NCBI GenBank assembly: GCA_919902765.1
Contig: CAKKRP010000043.1
Coordinates: forward strand, 22,053 to 86,052
Origin: Gammaproteobacteria bacterium
GTDB lineage: Bacteria > Pseudomonadota > Gammaproteobacteria > S012-40
Direction: 5' to 3'
Length of the DNA stretch: 64,000 nucleotides
Shown here: positions 31,387 through 42,300 of the stretch, in pieces
How positions within the stretch are numbered: position 1 is the first letter of the stretch
How the letters are laid out: every line of letters begins with the position of its first letter
The notes under the pieces: model-generated
What the model was told of the DNA's origin: nothing
Databases searched by the model: none
Seen by the model: only the letters and a program-made list of their open reading frames with translations
Translations under genes and position numbers: made by a program

Positions 31387-32985
31387 TTAGATTTTACTTT
31401 CGTCGCCTGAGATAAACCAACTGCTTGCATAGGGAAAAAATTTATACGGATGTATCGATACGTGACGTACTTTTTTATGGTAGGCGGAATAATTTGTAAG
31501 CGTCCATAAAAAGGTGTAGGGGGCTTCGTCGGCCAACACTTCGTGCAGTTTGCGATAAATCGTGCGACGTTTTTCGTGGTCTAGCGTTAACTTGCTCTCA
31601 ACGATCAGACCATCGACTTCAGGACTGGTATAGCCGCCGAAGTTGTTTTTCCAGGCACCGATTTCCGCTGAGTGGAACAACGAAGAGATATCCGCAGAAT
31701 CGTCAAATACCCACGACGCGAAAATGATATCAAAGTCATGTTGCGCAAAAATGGATTCTTTCCATGCTTGCCATTCCATAAAGCTGACCTGCACATCGGC
31801 GCCGACGCTTTTTAAATAATTTTTGAAGGCCAAGACCACACGTTTGACCGCTTCATTTTCCTTTTCAATGGGCACTTTCAAAGTCAGCGCAAGTTTCTTA
31901 CCGCCTTTTTCGAGTATGCCATCGCTGCCGGCTTGAAATCCGGCCTCTTTTAGCAATTCCGCCGCTTTGGCCTTATCAAAGGGTTGTGGCTTTACATCTA
32001 AATTATATGCCCAACTGCCTGGGGCGAACGGGCCGGAAATGACCGTGCCTTGGCCGTTGAAAAAGGATTTCAGCATTTCGTCGCGGTTAATCGCCAGCGT
32101 GAAGGCCTTGCGCACGCGCGCGTCGTTGAGCATTGGGTTGCGAACATTGTAACCAAAAAAGGCATACGACAAGGCATTGTAGGGTTGCAATACAAAGCGT
32201 TTATCACCTTGCAATTCCGGCAAGTTGCGCGGGTTTACCGTCACGATCATGTCGATGGCGTTGAAAGTCAAGGCCTGCATCATAATGTTTTGATCGGCAA
32301 ACGGTTTGGCGACAAATTGCGCGATATTGGCCTTGGCCCCGAAGTAATTGGGGTTGGCGATCAACACCACCTCTTGATTCGCGGTGACCTCTTTAAGCAT
32401 ATAGGGGCCGGTGCCTATAGGCCGTTGCACGAACGGGTCTTCGCGCGTCAAATAGTTCGTATTGTTCGGTCCATGTTTCGGAATAATTTTAAACGTAAAT
32501 TTCGCGAGCGCATTAAGTATGGGTCGCTTAAGCACGAATTTAACCGTATAGTTGTCGATTTTTTCTACCGTATCTATGAATTCATAGCGTACCTTCAACG
32601 GTGTGATCGTCTTTGGATGGGCCATAATTTTAAATGTGAAAACGACATCTTCGGCGGTGAACGGCTGCGGCTCGTCGGCCCCCTTAGGATGCCACTTGGC
32701 ATTTTTTCGCAGATAGAAAGTATAGTTTTTACCTTCCTTATCGACTTCCCACTTTTCGGCTAAATCAGGAACGATTTCTTGCTTTTCGTTAATACCTACC
32801 AGTCCGTTGAAAATCAGTTCGGTCAGACGTAGTGCGATCATATCATTACTGGTAATGGGATCGATAGTCGCCGGGCGACCGTATTCTCCATAACCTAGCG
32901 TGCCACCAACGCGGTCTTGTTCCGCGTTCACGGCGTTGACGGTTGCTGCTATAAATATAAATGTTGCTAACTTAAGTCTGTTCAT
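31387..32985 (-). CDS. ABC substrate-binding protein, family 5 (OppA/DppA-like)
   Basis: PDLAEKW, FTAEDVVFT, PIGTGPY motifs; signal peptide. Confidence 0.92.
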   Translation of the reverse strand: MNRLKLATFIFIAATVNAVNAEQDRVGGTLGYGEYGRPATIDPITSNDMIALRLTELIFNGLVGINEKQEIVPDLAEKWEVDKEGKNYTFYLRKNAKWHPKGADEPQPFTAEDVVFTFKIMAHPKTITPLKVRYEFIDTVEKIDNYTVKFVLKRPILNALAKFTFKIIPKHGPNNTNYLTREDPFVQRPIGTGPYMLKEVTANQEVVLIANPNYFGAKANIAQFVAKPFADQNIMMQALTFNAIDMIVTVNPRNLPELQGDKRFVLQPYNALSYAFFGYNVRNPMLNDARVRKAFTLAINRDEMLKSFFNGQGTVISGPFAPGSWAYNLDVKPQPFDKAKAAELLKEAGFQAGSDGILEKGGKKLALTLKVPIEKENEAVKRVVLAFKNYLKSVGADVQVSFMEWQAWKESIFAQHDFDIIFASWVFDDSADISSLFHSAEIGAWKNNFGGYTSPEVDGLIVESKLTLDHEKRRTIYRKLHEVLADEAPYTFLWTLTNYSAYHKKVRHVSIHPYKFFPYASSWFISGDESKI

Positions 32986-33009
32986 ACGGGCCTCTCACTA
33001 AACAATTGA

Positions 33010-34485
33010 CTAAAATATCTTTACATCACCAGCGCTCTTTTGTTCTACCGAATAAATCCCTTGCACCGCGTCTTGCACAATGCGTACTGCGGGATAGTAT
33101 TTAGACATCTCAAAATATATCTCAAGATGTTCGGAGAAACTCTTGGTGCTCCTATACGCCTCTGCCAAGCTCGTCAGCATCAAAGGATCATTGTATTCAA
33201 TTTTATTTTTATTCGCTTTATCGCGCGCCATTTCTAATAGTGCGATGGCCTTGCCGTGTTTATTGGTTAATTCAAATAATTTTCCCAGTTCTGAAAAAAG
33301 CGCCTTCCCTCTCTTGGAGTCCGCCACATCCACCTTCGATGAGGCGAGTTGCATAAATTTTTCACACTTTCCACCGACTATGGAACACCCCCAAGCGATA
33401 TCCGACAATAGTTCCAGTTTATCCGCCGACGCCGAGGCCAATTCAATCGCGGCGCTGTCTACATCCCCGCCTGTGGGCGTTTTTAGGCGCGAAAATTTCA
33501 ATAGCACGGCACCCCGCTCGTCTACTCTAGGCGGCAATTTTCCTTTACCTACGATACCATCTAATATCTTGGCGGCACCCGCGTAATCTCCCTCCAAGAA
33601 GGATCGCTCGCCACTAAGATATGAACCCAATGCGTTATATTTTCCGCCGCCGCTCAATTTTGCCACATAAAATTTGAAAGCTGCGGAATATAAACTAGAT
33701 AGGCTACTCAACGAAGCCGGTGTGTAAAAATATATCTTGCGCCCGTCTTTACTTTCTTCTTTCAACCAGGGTTTGGACAGATCGATTCGGGTGACGAATT
33801 TAAGCGCTTCTTCTATTTTTCCTTGCTCCGCCAGCAATATAATATAGTCTGCCACGCCACTGGCGCTGGCGTCTTTTAATACTTTATCCGGTGTGATTGC
33901 GGCTCTGTTGAGAGTCGCATCGACGACTTGCTTTTGTCGCCCATTGGAATAGGATATGCGGGCCGCCGCTAATGTCGCATCTAAGGTCGCAGTACCTTTG
34001 GCGAATAAATCATTGGCTTTGATAAGCCTGCCGGATCGGCATGCGGTGTCGATGACTCCGCTTAGGGACGTAATGGATTTTTCCTGATTCCCGCCCATTT
34101 TAGACAGCGCGGCCAGCGCTGACTTACAGTCGCCTTTTTCATAGGCCAACATGGCGGCGGCGAGTGGCGCGTATTTGCTTTTATTTTTAGATTTGTCTTT
34201 CAAAAGTAAATTTAGATAATCCGTCTGCGCTTCCACGGCGCCTAGGTAAAATTGTTTGTATAAAATGGCGTTGTTGTGAAAGATGCTTGCTAGCGTAAAC
34301 ATTGCGGCGTCCCGAGCGCTCGCGTCTATCGTTCCGATGTTGCTATAGAGTTCACGCCAGGCCTCATCGTAGCGACGCAGCTCCATGGATTTTGTCGCCT
34401 TCGTCATGCTGTCGGTGCCTGCGGCAGGCACCACGCCGGTAAGCGTGGTCAACACTAGCGCGGTCAGTAAACGATATTTATTCAT
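33010..34485 (-). CDS. Exported alpha-helical / TPR-like protein
   Basis: Signal peptide; 491 aa, helical-repeat-like composition. Confidence 0.65.
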   Translation of the reverse strand: MNKYRLLTALVLTTLTGVVPAAGTDSMTKATKSMELRRYDEAWRELYSNIGTIDASARDAAMFTLASIFHNNAILYKQFYLGAVEAQTDYLNLLLKDKSKNKSKYAPLAAAMLAYEKGDCKSALAALSKMGGNQEKSITSLSGVIDTACRSGRLIKANDLFAKGTATLDATLAAARISYSNGRQKQVVDATLNRAAITPDKVLKDASASGVADYIILLAEQGKIEEALKFVTRIDLSKPWLKEESKDGRKIYFYTPASLSSLSSLYSAAFKFYVAKLSGGGKYNALGSYLSGERSFLEGDYAGAAKILDGIVGKGKLPPRVDERGAVLLKFSRLKTPTGGDVDSAAIELASASADKLELLSDIAWGCSIVGGKCEKFMQLASSKVDVADSKRGKALFSELGKLFELTNKHGKAIALLEMARDKANKNKIEYNDPLMLTSLAEAYRSTKSFSEHLEIYFEMSKYYPAVRIVQDAVQGIYSVEQKSAGDVKIF

Positions 34486-35741
34486 AGTTCTCCCAGCTTA
34501 TCTAACGGCAGTTTCATTACAAACACACGATCCCACTGATCCACTTGTGCGCGAAATGCAATCATGTTTTGTTTGGAAATACTTACATCGTGATTCATTT
34601 TTGTAGAGGTGATAATTTTCTTGACTTTTTTTCCGCGTATATCGGCAATAAATATTGGATTGTAATCTTCTTTTACATCTTTAATATATACGATATGTTG
34701 ACCATCCGCTAACCACGCCGGACCTCTTTCTATGTCTGGTATAACATGTGTGGCGACGATATTGCCGGCCAATTTGTCGCCCTCAAGCGCATCGGATCCA
34801 TCCGCTTTCACTACCGCGAGCGACCAAATTTTTATATCGCTTTCTTTGTTATAGTTGGTATAGAAGGCGATATATTGCCCGTCCGGCGACCAGGTGGGCC
34901 TTAAATCATCATAAGACCATCGTGTCAAAGGTGTTTCTATCGGTGAATTTTCCGCATTTATATTCATCACCATGATGTCATGATTTTCATTATCGCCGCG
35001 CATATAGGTCAAGCGAGTCCCATCGGGAGACCACATCGGGTATAAATGAGTCTGGTCGGTATTGGTGAGTTGCTTAACCACTCGCGTGGCTAGGTTCATC
35101 CAATTTATTTGCGCGCCACCGGTACGACCGGATACAAAAGCGATTTGTACATGCGGTGGCGACCAATCGGGCATGCCGTCTTTTTCTTTTGTTTCGGTCA
35201 GACGCGTGACCCCGCTGTCGTTTAAATCACCAAGATAGAGATCGTAATTACCTTCACCTGCATTGCTCATAAACACGAAGTGCTTGTCGTCGCTAGACCA
35301 CGTTAAACCGGCGTTATAGCTTACGCTTTCCTCCAATCCGGGGATTAGCATCGCGAGACCTTGAGCGTTGTCTTCCAGTTGATAATATATTTTTTTAATT
35401 GGTTTAAAGTCCGCTGTTTTTAATATGACAATCTCTTTCTTACTCTGCTCATTGCGTTCTATCGCCAGCATGTTGCCGCTTGCAGACCACGATGGATTGG
35501 TGTCGTTGACCCCACTGTTTTCGACGGGAATCAGCTTCATTTCCAGCGGCATAATGCTATCTACAGGCGGTTGCAGAGCAGCCGCAGGAGGTGTATCAAC
35601 CATGATGGGTACCACGGTTGATAGTGCATTAGCGTCGGTCTTCGAATGCGCTTCTTCTGCATTGAGTGTATTAAACCTCAGCACATTGGATAGCGCTAGC
35701 GTAGTCATTAATGCTGCGATCACAAACCGCTGGCTGTTCAT
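34482..35741 (-). CDS. TolB-like beta-propeller (PD40 repeat) protein
   Basis: Repeated PSWS / PDWSP / PMWSPDG / PTWSPDG motifs; signal peptide. Confidence 0.85.
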   Translation of the reverse strand: MNSQRFVIAALMTTLALSNVLRFNTLNAEEAHSKTDANALSTVVPIMVDTPPAAALQPPVDSIMPLEMKLIPVENSGVNDTNPSWSASGNMLAIERNEQSKKEIVILKTADFKPIKKIYYQLEDNAQGLAMLIPGLEESVSYNAGLTWSSDDKHFVFMSNAGEGNYDLYLGDLNDSGVTRLTETKEKDGMPDWSPPHVQIAFVSGRTGGAQINWMNLATRVVKQLTNTDQTHLYPMWSPDGTRLTYMRGDNENHDIMVMNINAENSPIETPLTRWSYDDLRPTWSPDGQYIAFYTNYNKESDIKIWSLAVVKADGSDALEGDKLAGNIVATHVIPDIERGPAWLADGQHIVYIKDVKEDYNPIFIADIRGKKVKKIITSTKMNHDVSISKQNMIAFRAQVDQWDRVFVMKLPLDKLGEL

Positions 35742-35750
35742 CGTCTTCCT

Positions 35751-38315
35751 CTAAGATTGCCCTTGCACTTGGTTCCAATAACGTTGCGCGGTTTGGCGAC
35801 TTTGTTCATAGTCCTTATTACCTTCCAAACTCTTGGGGAAGAAATCGAAATATTCGCGCCACGCCATATCGGCATCGTGCAGCAATTGTTTGCGCTTGGT
35901 TACCATATATAATTTGTAATACGATAAGGCGTAGTAGTAATACGTGTCATGTAACGCAACATCGTAACTTTCAGCCGGGAAAAACCGCGAATTTTCCTTT
36001 GCCTTTTTGATAGCCTGTATGGCCTTGGCGATGTATTTAGCGGCGCCTTCAGGGTCATTGTGTATAACTAATTCAGCCTTTTCGTAGTATGCGCGACCCA
36101 TGTTGGTATACAGCACTGAAAATTGCTTCAACACAAGTTCTTTGATTTCGGGTATAGCCGCTACCGTCTCGAATTCAGCTAACGCGGCATCCGGGTCATT
36201 TTTTTCATCCAGATAGAGTTGGGCTAGGCGGTTGTGCGCCTGGGCGTAATCGGGATGGTCTTTGTGCGCGCTTTTGTACGCTGCGATGGCCTCGTCAACC
36301 TTGCCTGCGGTTTCGGCGCGATCACCGATTTTCAAAAAATCTTTGTATATAGAAATCTTGTTGCTGCCGGTGTAATTCATGTCCTTTTTATCAAAGGCGA
36401 CCACTTGTTCCCAATCGCGATAGTCTTGGCCGTAGGCCAAGGTTAAGGTATGGAACCCTACCAAAACATTAATTCCTTTGGTCTCAGGGGTTTTACCGAC
36501 TTCAACACCATCGACAAATATTTTTGCGCCCGTGGGCTCGGTTTCCACCTTTAAAACAGAAGAGTAGGAATTTAACGCGAATTCCTTGTTTTCGCCCTTC
36601 TTTTCCGCTTTCAGCGTCTGGGATAGTTGTTCGTAACCCGCTTTATATAAGGTCAAATCGTATTTTTTTCCGAGCTTTATCGCCATTTTCAACTGGCCGT
36701 TTTTGTCGGTGGTGCCCAGCCATTTTTTTTCTACATACACGTTTACGCCACGCACCGGGGCGACATCGCCGCTGACGCCTCCTTTCACGGTCAATTGAAT
36801 TTCGTCGCCATCTATACCCGCGCCATTTTGTCGTATAATGCGGGCGCCCATGAGAGTGTCGCCACTTTCGGAAATATTATTGATCTCGACGGTGGAGTGT
36901 TCGCGTGAGTTGCTTTTAACCTTCACGCTGCCAACGTCTTTGTAAGATGAAATCTTGCCGTCTTTGCCGAATTGCGGAAGTGCGACGGTAAACTCGGCGT
37001 TCCTATCGATGTCAAATGGCCGCGTACCTAGGTTGATGACCAATCTATCATCGTCTTTTCCGGTGATGCGCCCTTCAAACGGAAATTTGTCTATCATATC
37101 TACCGCGATTTCCTTGGCTGCGCGGTCAACCTTCTTGGCGCTGCTGGCGTCCGCTAAATGGCTGGACACCAATTTTCCATCCATGTCATATACCTTGGCC
37201 TCAAACATTATCCCCTCGTCTTTAGTTTTTGAAATGCTGCCGACGAGCAAATACTCCAGGGTCTGTTGCGCGAGCGTGTTGCGCCAACCTTTGGTGGTCA
37301 TTTTTTCCAGCGTCAATTTGGCGGATTTCATCGCGCCATTGATCACATCATCCGGCACGATGATAAATGATTCTTGTTTTTGAATATTAGAAATTAGCTC
37401 TTTTTGAGCGGTTTCCACCAATGCGCCTATATCTTCACCGGCGGTATTGGCGCCAATTCTGGTGACGCCAATGCGGGGCAAATCGGCGCGCATGGAGAAC
37501 AGGTGCGTGGTAAACTGTTTGTTGCCATTTAGCGTGATTTCTGTGGCGGATTTCGCTGAGACATACCCTGTCGCGCTAACATCGAGCTTAATTTTTTTTC
37601 CGGGTGCGCCATCGTAGTTGTAACGATATTCGCCATCTTTATTGGTATTGCCTACTTTAGATCCATCTATGGTCACGATGGCGTCTTTTAGCGAAACCGA
37701 AGCATTCAGTTGTTCGGTGAACACTTTTACCTTCACCGTTAATACTTTATTGAGACCCGCTTCTAATTGTTTTCCGGGCTCCGGTTTGATCGCCAGCTTC
37801 CAAGTGGAAAAGCCTTCTTTAGTCACCGATAGGGTTACTTGCTTAGCCGAAGACTCGTCGTACTGGTAGACGTATTCGCCTTTGTTATTAGTGTTACCTA
37901 CAGCGACTCCATTAACGCTTAATGCGGCTTTTTCCAGGGGCTTTCCTTCATTCTTGGCGACCACCATCATAAATGGCGAGCCTTCCAATTTCACGTTGAA
38001 CAAATATTTTTTCTCTTTATTTTCTTCAGAAACAATGAATGAGCGTTCCCACGGCTGAATGAAAAATCCTTTGAGATCTTTTTTAACGGTGACGGCCACT
38101 TTGGTGTTTCGCAGGCGTTGTACCTTTGCAAGCGCATGTCCCTGTGCATCGGTTTTCCCGATTTCTTGTCCATCGGCGAGTATGACCGCATCGGCCAATG
38201 GCTTGTCTTTTAAATTTGCCGTAATATCAATGGCGACTTCAACGGGTTTATCCGCGCATGCTACCGCCACCATGCTCAGTGCGGTAATGAAAGCTAGTTT
38301 ATATATACGAACCAT
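35751..38315 (-). CDS. Lipoprotein with PEGA-like repeats, CsgG/FlgT-like region and C-terminal TPR
   Basis: Lipobox VAVAC; five DGxxxGxT-type repeats; PEGA motif VETEPTGAKIFVDG; TPR AHNRLAQLY. Confidence 0.75.
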   Translation of the reverse strand: MVRIYKLAFITALSMVAVACADKPVEVAIDITANLKDKPLADAVILADGQEIGKTDAQGHALAKVQRLRNTKVAVTVKKDLKGFFIQPWERSFIVSEENKEKKYLFNVKLEGSPFMMVVAKNEGKPLEKAALSVNGVAVGNTNNKGEYVYQYDESSAKQVTLSVTKEGFSTWKLAIKPEPGKQLEAGLNKVLTVKVKVFTEQLNASVSLKDAIVTIDGSKVGNTNKDGEYRYNYDGAPGKKIKLDVSATGYVSAKSATEITLNGNKQFTTHLFSMRADLPRIGVTRIGANTAGEDIGALVETAQKELISNIQKQESFIIVPDDVINGAMKSAKLTLEKMTTKGWRNTLAQQTLEYLLVGSISKTKDEGIMFEAKVYDMDGKLVSSHLADASSAKKVDRAAKEIAVDMIDKFPFEGRITGKDDDRLVINLGTRPFDIDRNAEFTVALPQFGKDGKISSYKDVGSVKVKSNSREHSTVEINNISESGDTLMGARIIRQNGAGIDGDEIQLTVKGGVSGDVAPVRGVNVYVEKKWLGTTDKNGQLKMAIKLGKKYDLTLYKAGYEQLSQTLKAEKKGENKEFALNSYSSVLKVETEPTGAKIFVDGVEVGKTPETKGINVLVGFHTLTLAYGQDYRDWEQVVAFDKKDMNYTGSNKISIYKDFLKIGDRAETAGKVDEAIAAYKSAHKDHPDYAQAHNRLAQLYLDEKNDPDAALAEFETVAAIPEIKELVLKQFSVLYTNMGRAYYEKAELVIHNDPEGAAKYIAKAIQAIKKAKENSRFFPAESYDVALHDTYYYYALSYYKLYMVTKRKQLLHDADMAWREYFDFFPKSLEGNKDYEQSRQTAQRYWNQVQGQS

Positions 38316-38343
38316 GGCCTTTCCTCCTGTCCCAAATTCATTT

Positions 38344-38793
38344 TTACATCATAGGTGCTTGAATATTCACTTCACCGGGGTTGATAATCTTGTCTTCATC
38401 GCTATTCGCGCCTTTGATCGAGCGGGATTTTCCTTCGGGTATTTTTTTCAGATGTATTTCGACTTGGCGCGATGAAAAACGCCCTATCTCAACCGTTTGT
38501 GTCGCGGTTTGATATCCGATGCGCGATACCTCAATCTTATAAGTGCCAGGCACCAATTTATCTTTCTCGGAAATAAATTGCCCTATTTCATCGGTTTTTA
38601 CTGCGTGGGAAGCGTTTTCCAGCGCGGCGGTCGTATTAATCATATTGATAACGATATCTTTTGGCTTCTCGCGCGTGACAGGTTGATTATTCATATCGAC
38701 CAGTTTGACCATACCGCTGATCTTGGCAGAGCAGCCCGCAGCGGTAATGATGCTTAGGCTAGTAATTAGGCACAGACTCAGTGTGTTACGCAT
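38344..38793 (-). CDS. Lipoprotein, carboxypeptidase-regulatory-like beta-sandwich
   Basis: Lipobox AAGC; TDEIGQF...LVPGTYKIEVSRIGY; ATG at 38793 preferred. Confidence 0.75.
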   Translation of the reverse strand: MRNTLSLCLITSLSIITAAGCSAKISGMVKLVDMNNQPVTREKPKDIVINMINTTAALENASHAVKTDEIGQFISEKDKLVPGTYKIEVSRIGYQTATQTVEIGRFSSRQVEIHLKKIPEGKSRSIKGANSDEDKIINPGEVNIQAPMM

Positions 38794-38850
38794 CGCATTT
38801 CTCCATAAATCTTTGTAGAAGGTGGCCACCCCGATGTTTCATAGACCCTG

Positions 38851-38878
38851 TTATCGGCAGGTGGAGCGATAAAATTGA
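38851..38878 (-). promoter_or_regulatory. Possible sigma-28-like promoter
   Basis: Minus strand TCAA-N16-GCCGATAA: perfect FliA -10 element, but spacing is one base longer than consensus. Confidence 0.3.
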
Positions 38879-38918
38879 GGTCGTATTTTGAAAATTTGAC
38901 ACATATAGCTCCCTGATT

Positions 38919-38936
38919 TGTCACCAATTAGAGACA
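38919..38936. promoter_or_regulatory. Putative TF box TGTC-N10-GACA, copy 3
   Basis: TGTCaccAATTAGAGACA; shares AATTAGAGACAG with the box at 17672. Confidence 0.55.
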
Positions 38937-39365
38937 GTAACCCGCGAAGGTAGCTTTCAACCAATATTGGCCGTGTCGAGTACTATTGGCGAGATGTATG
39001 GCCGGTTCTTGATTCTTTAACTCAACCAAACCGCGTGACATGTGCTTGTTGCACATCGCAGACCAAAAAACGCTTATAATTCCTAAAATATGAATTGGCG
39101 TTGAGTCGGCTAGAAATTTTTTTAATGCCCCACGCGCAGGCACTGAGCCGCGATGTGTAAGCGATACAGTCATTGCGCAAATTTGCAGCGCATAAGACGT
39201 GATTTAATAGCCAATTTACCGACAATATGCCATCTTATTGGCGTCGGTGGGTTGTCCAGCGCACAGTGCGATCCCCAATAAATGGGGCTAGAAATAGATG
39301 AAGATAGCCCAGGTAGGCGAAAACTGGTAAACTTGGCCCGTACATCATATTATTTGACTTTATTC

Positions 39366-42300
39366 ATGCTTGAACAAAAATCTGAAGCGTTCCAAGACAT
39401 TTTTTGCCCTATACTGCCCCAAGGAAAGGACCTTTTTTGCGGAAACCTGCACGGCGCCGCGAAAGGGATGTTGCTGGCGAATTTGGCGCATAAATACGAT
39501 GGGATAATTGTGGTATTCACCCAGGATACCCCTGAGGCCTATCAACTGGAAAACGAGCTGCGTTTTTTCCTGGGTAAGGAACGCCAGAATTCAATTCTCA
39601 ATTTTCCGGATTGGGAGACCTTGCCCTACGATATTTTCTCGCCCTTCCAAGATATCGTTTCGCAACGACTATTGACCTTGTATCGCCTGCCGAAATTGAC
39701 ACGCGGCATATTGCTGGTGCCGGTGGCGACTGCGATGCAAAGAATCGCCCCACAGGCCTATATCGACCAGCATACATTTGACATGCGCGTGGGAGATCGC
39801 GCCGATTTAGACGCTATGCGCAAACGTTTGGAAAATGGCGGTTATCGCTATGTTTCTCAGGTCTTAGAACATGGCGATTTCTCCGTACGCGGTTCTTTGT
39901 TAGATCTATTTCCTATGGGTAGCGACGTGCCTTATCGCATCGATTTGCTTGATGACGAGGTGGAATCGATACGCGTTTTTGACCCGGAAAATCAACGCAC
40001 TGTGGGCAAAGTAGACGTGATCCAATTGCTGCCCGCACATGAATTTCCGTCCGATCAAGAGGCCATTGCGCGGTTTCGACAGCGCTATCGTGAGGTGGTG
40101 GAAGGCGATCCTCAGCGTAGCGAAATTTATCGCGAAGTCAGCCAAGGGCGCTTCCCCCCGGGTATTGAATATTATTTGCCGCTATTTTTTGAAAATACCG
40201 CCACCCTTTTTGATTTTTTACCCACCAAGACGTTGTTGGTTGCCACGGATGGCAGTATCGATTCGGCCGATATTTTTTGGCGGGATATTGAACATCGTTA
40301 CGATCAACTCAGACACAATATCGAACGGCCTCTGTTAACGCCGGAGTTATTATTTGTCGCGCCGGCGGCATTAAAAGAAATTTTGGCACGCACGCCGATT
40401 ATGCACCTACAGAATTATAACCAAATCGACCGGCCAGATGCCTGCACGCTGAATTTTGAAACCGCTATCGTACCCGCGTTGGAGTTTTCCGCGCGCGATG
40501 AGGTTGCCACTAATGGCCTGGAAAAATTTGCTAAAGCCTATACCGGGCGGATACTCATTACTGCGGAATCCGAAGGCCGCCGTGAATTGATACGTGAGAT
40601 GTTGAGCCATGCCGGCATGGCTCCCGTGATTGTCAATCATTGGTCCGAATTTTTACGCGGCAACTATCCATTGGGATTGGCCATAGCGCCGTTAGAAACC
40701 GGTGTCATGCTGACCCACCCGGCGCTTACGGTGATTGCCGAGCCGCAACTGTTTGGCAGTCGTATCCAACAAAAACGCCGCCGTTCGCGGTCGCAACGCG
40801 ATGCCGAGGCAATCGTACGCGAGCTGACCGATTTGGTCATAGGCTCGCCAGTGGTACACGAAGATTATGGCGTAGGCCGCTATTTAGGCTTGCAAAAATT
40901 ACCTGTAAATGGCGAAGACATGGAGTTTCTCGCCTTGCAATATGCCGGTAGCGATAAACTTTATGTGCCGGTGTCATCGTTGCATTTAATTAGTCGTTAC
41001 ATGGGCGCGAATGCGGATACCGTGCCGTTGCATAAACTTGGCACGGATCAATGGCAGCGCGCCAAACGCAAGGCCACCGAAAAGGCCAGAGACGTTGCAG
41101 CGGAATTATTGGATATTTATGCGCGACGCGAGGCCGCGAAGGGCCTGCGATTTACGTCAAATGAACGAGAATATCTCGGTTTTGCAGCGTCGTTTCCCTA
41201 TGAAGAAACGCCGGATCAACAAAGCGCCATCGAAGCAACCTTGCAGGATCTCGCCTCCGGGCGGCCGATGGATCGTGTGGTCTGCGGCGACGTGGGCTTC
41301 GGTAAAACTGAAGTTGCGATGCGCGCGGCGTTTGTGGTTGCCAACGGCGGTAAACAAGTCGCCGTGTTAGTGCCTACGACCCTGCTTGCGCAACAACACT
41401 ATCAAAATTTTGTGGATCGCTTTGCGCAATGGCCGTTTCGTATCGAAGTGTTATCGAGATTTCGTTCTAAAGCGGAACAAACGACCGTTTTAAAGGCGCT
41501 TGAGCAAGGTAAAGCGGATATCTTGATCGCGACCCATAAATTGATACAAGATGATATTAAATTTAAAGATTTGGGCCTCTTAATCGTCGATGAAGAACAT
41601 CGTTTTGGCGTACGTCAAAAGGAAAAATTAAAGGCCTTGCGCACACACGTGGCGATACTGACGCTCACCGCCACCCCTATCCCCCGCACCATGAATATGT
41701 CATTGGCGGGGTTGCGCGATTTGTCGATTATCGCGACCCCGCCGGCGCACCGCCATGCGGTGAAGACTTTTGTATGCCAGTGGGATAATGCCGTTATACA
41801 AGAGGCCGTGCAGCGTGAGTTAAAGCGCGGCGGTCAGGTGTATTTTTTACATAATGAGGTTGAAACAATCGAAAAAACGGCGCGCGAGTTGAGTGCGTTA
41901 ATCCCGGAGGCCAATGTACGATTTGCGCACGGGCAAATGCGCGAACGCGAACTCGAATCCACGATGGGCGATTTTTATCATCGGCGTTTTAATGTATTGC
42001 TCGCCACCACGATTATCGAAAGCGGTATCGACATACCCAATGCAAACACCATTATTATCAATCGTGCGGATAAATTAGGATTAGCGCAGTTGCATCAATT
42101 GCGGGGGCGCGTCGGTCGCTCGCATCATCGCGCTTATGCGTATTTATTAGTGCCCCCCAAAGGCGCGATGACGCCGGATGCCATCAAACGTCTGGAAGCG
42201 ATTTCGTCGTTAGAAACGTTGGGTGCCGGATTTATGCTGGCGACACACGATTTGGAAATACGCGGCGCGGGAGAGCTGTTGGGCGAAGAGCAAAGCGGTC

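Noticed and set aside
38892..38910. AATTTGACA match to the dif XerD arm near the far end of the accessory block
   Set aside because: Only about 9 bp match, with no spacer or XerC arm, so it cannot be called a second att/dif site
38928..39225. Short ORFs in the divergent promoter region
   Set aside because: No recognisable motifs; they overlap probable regulatory DNA
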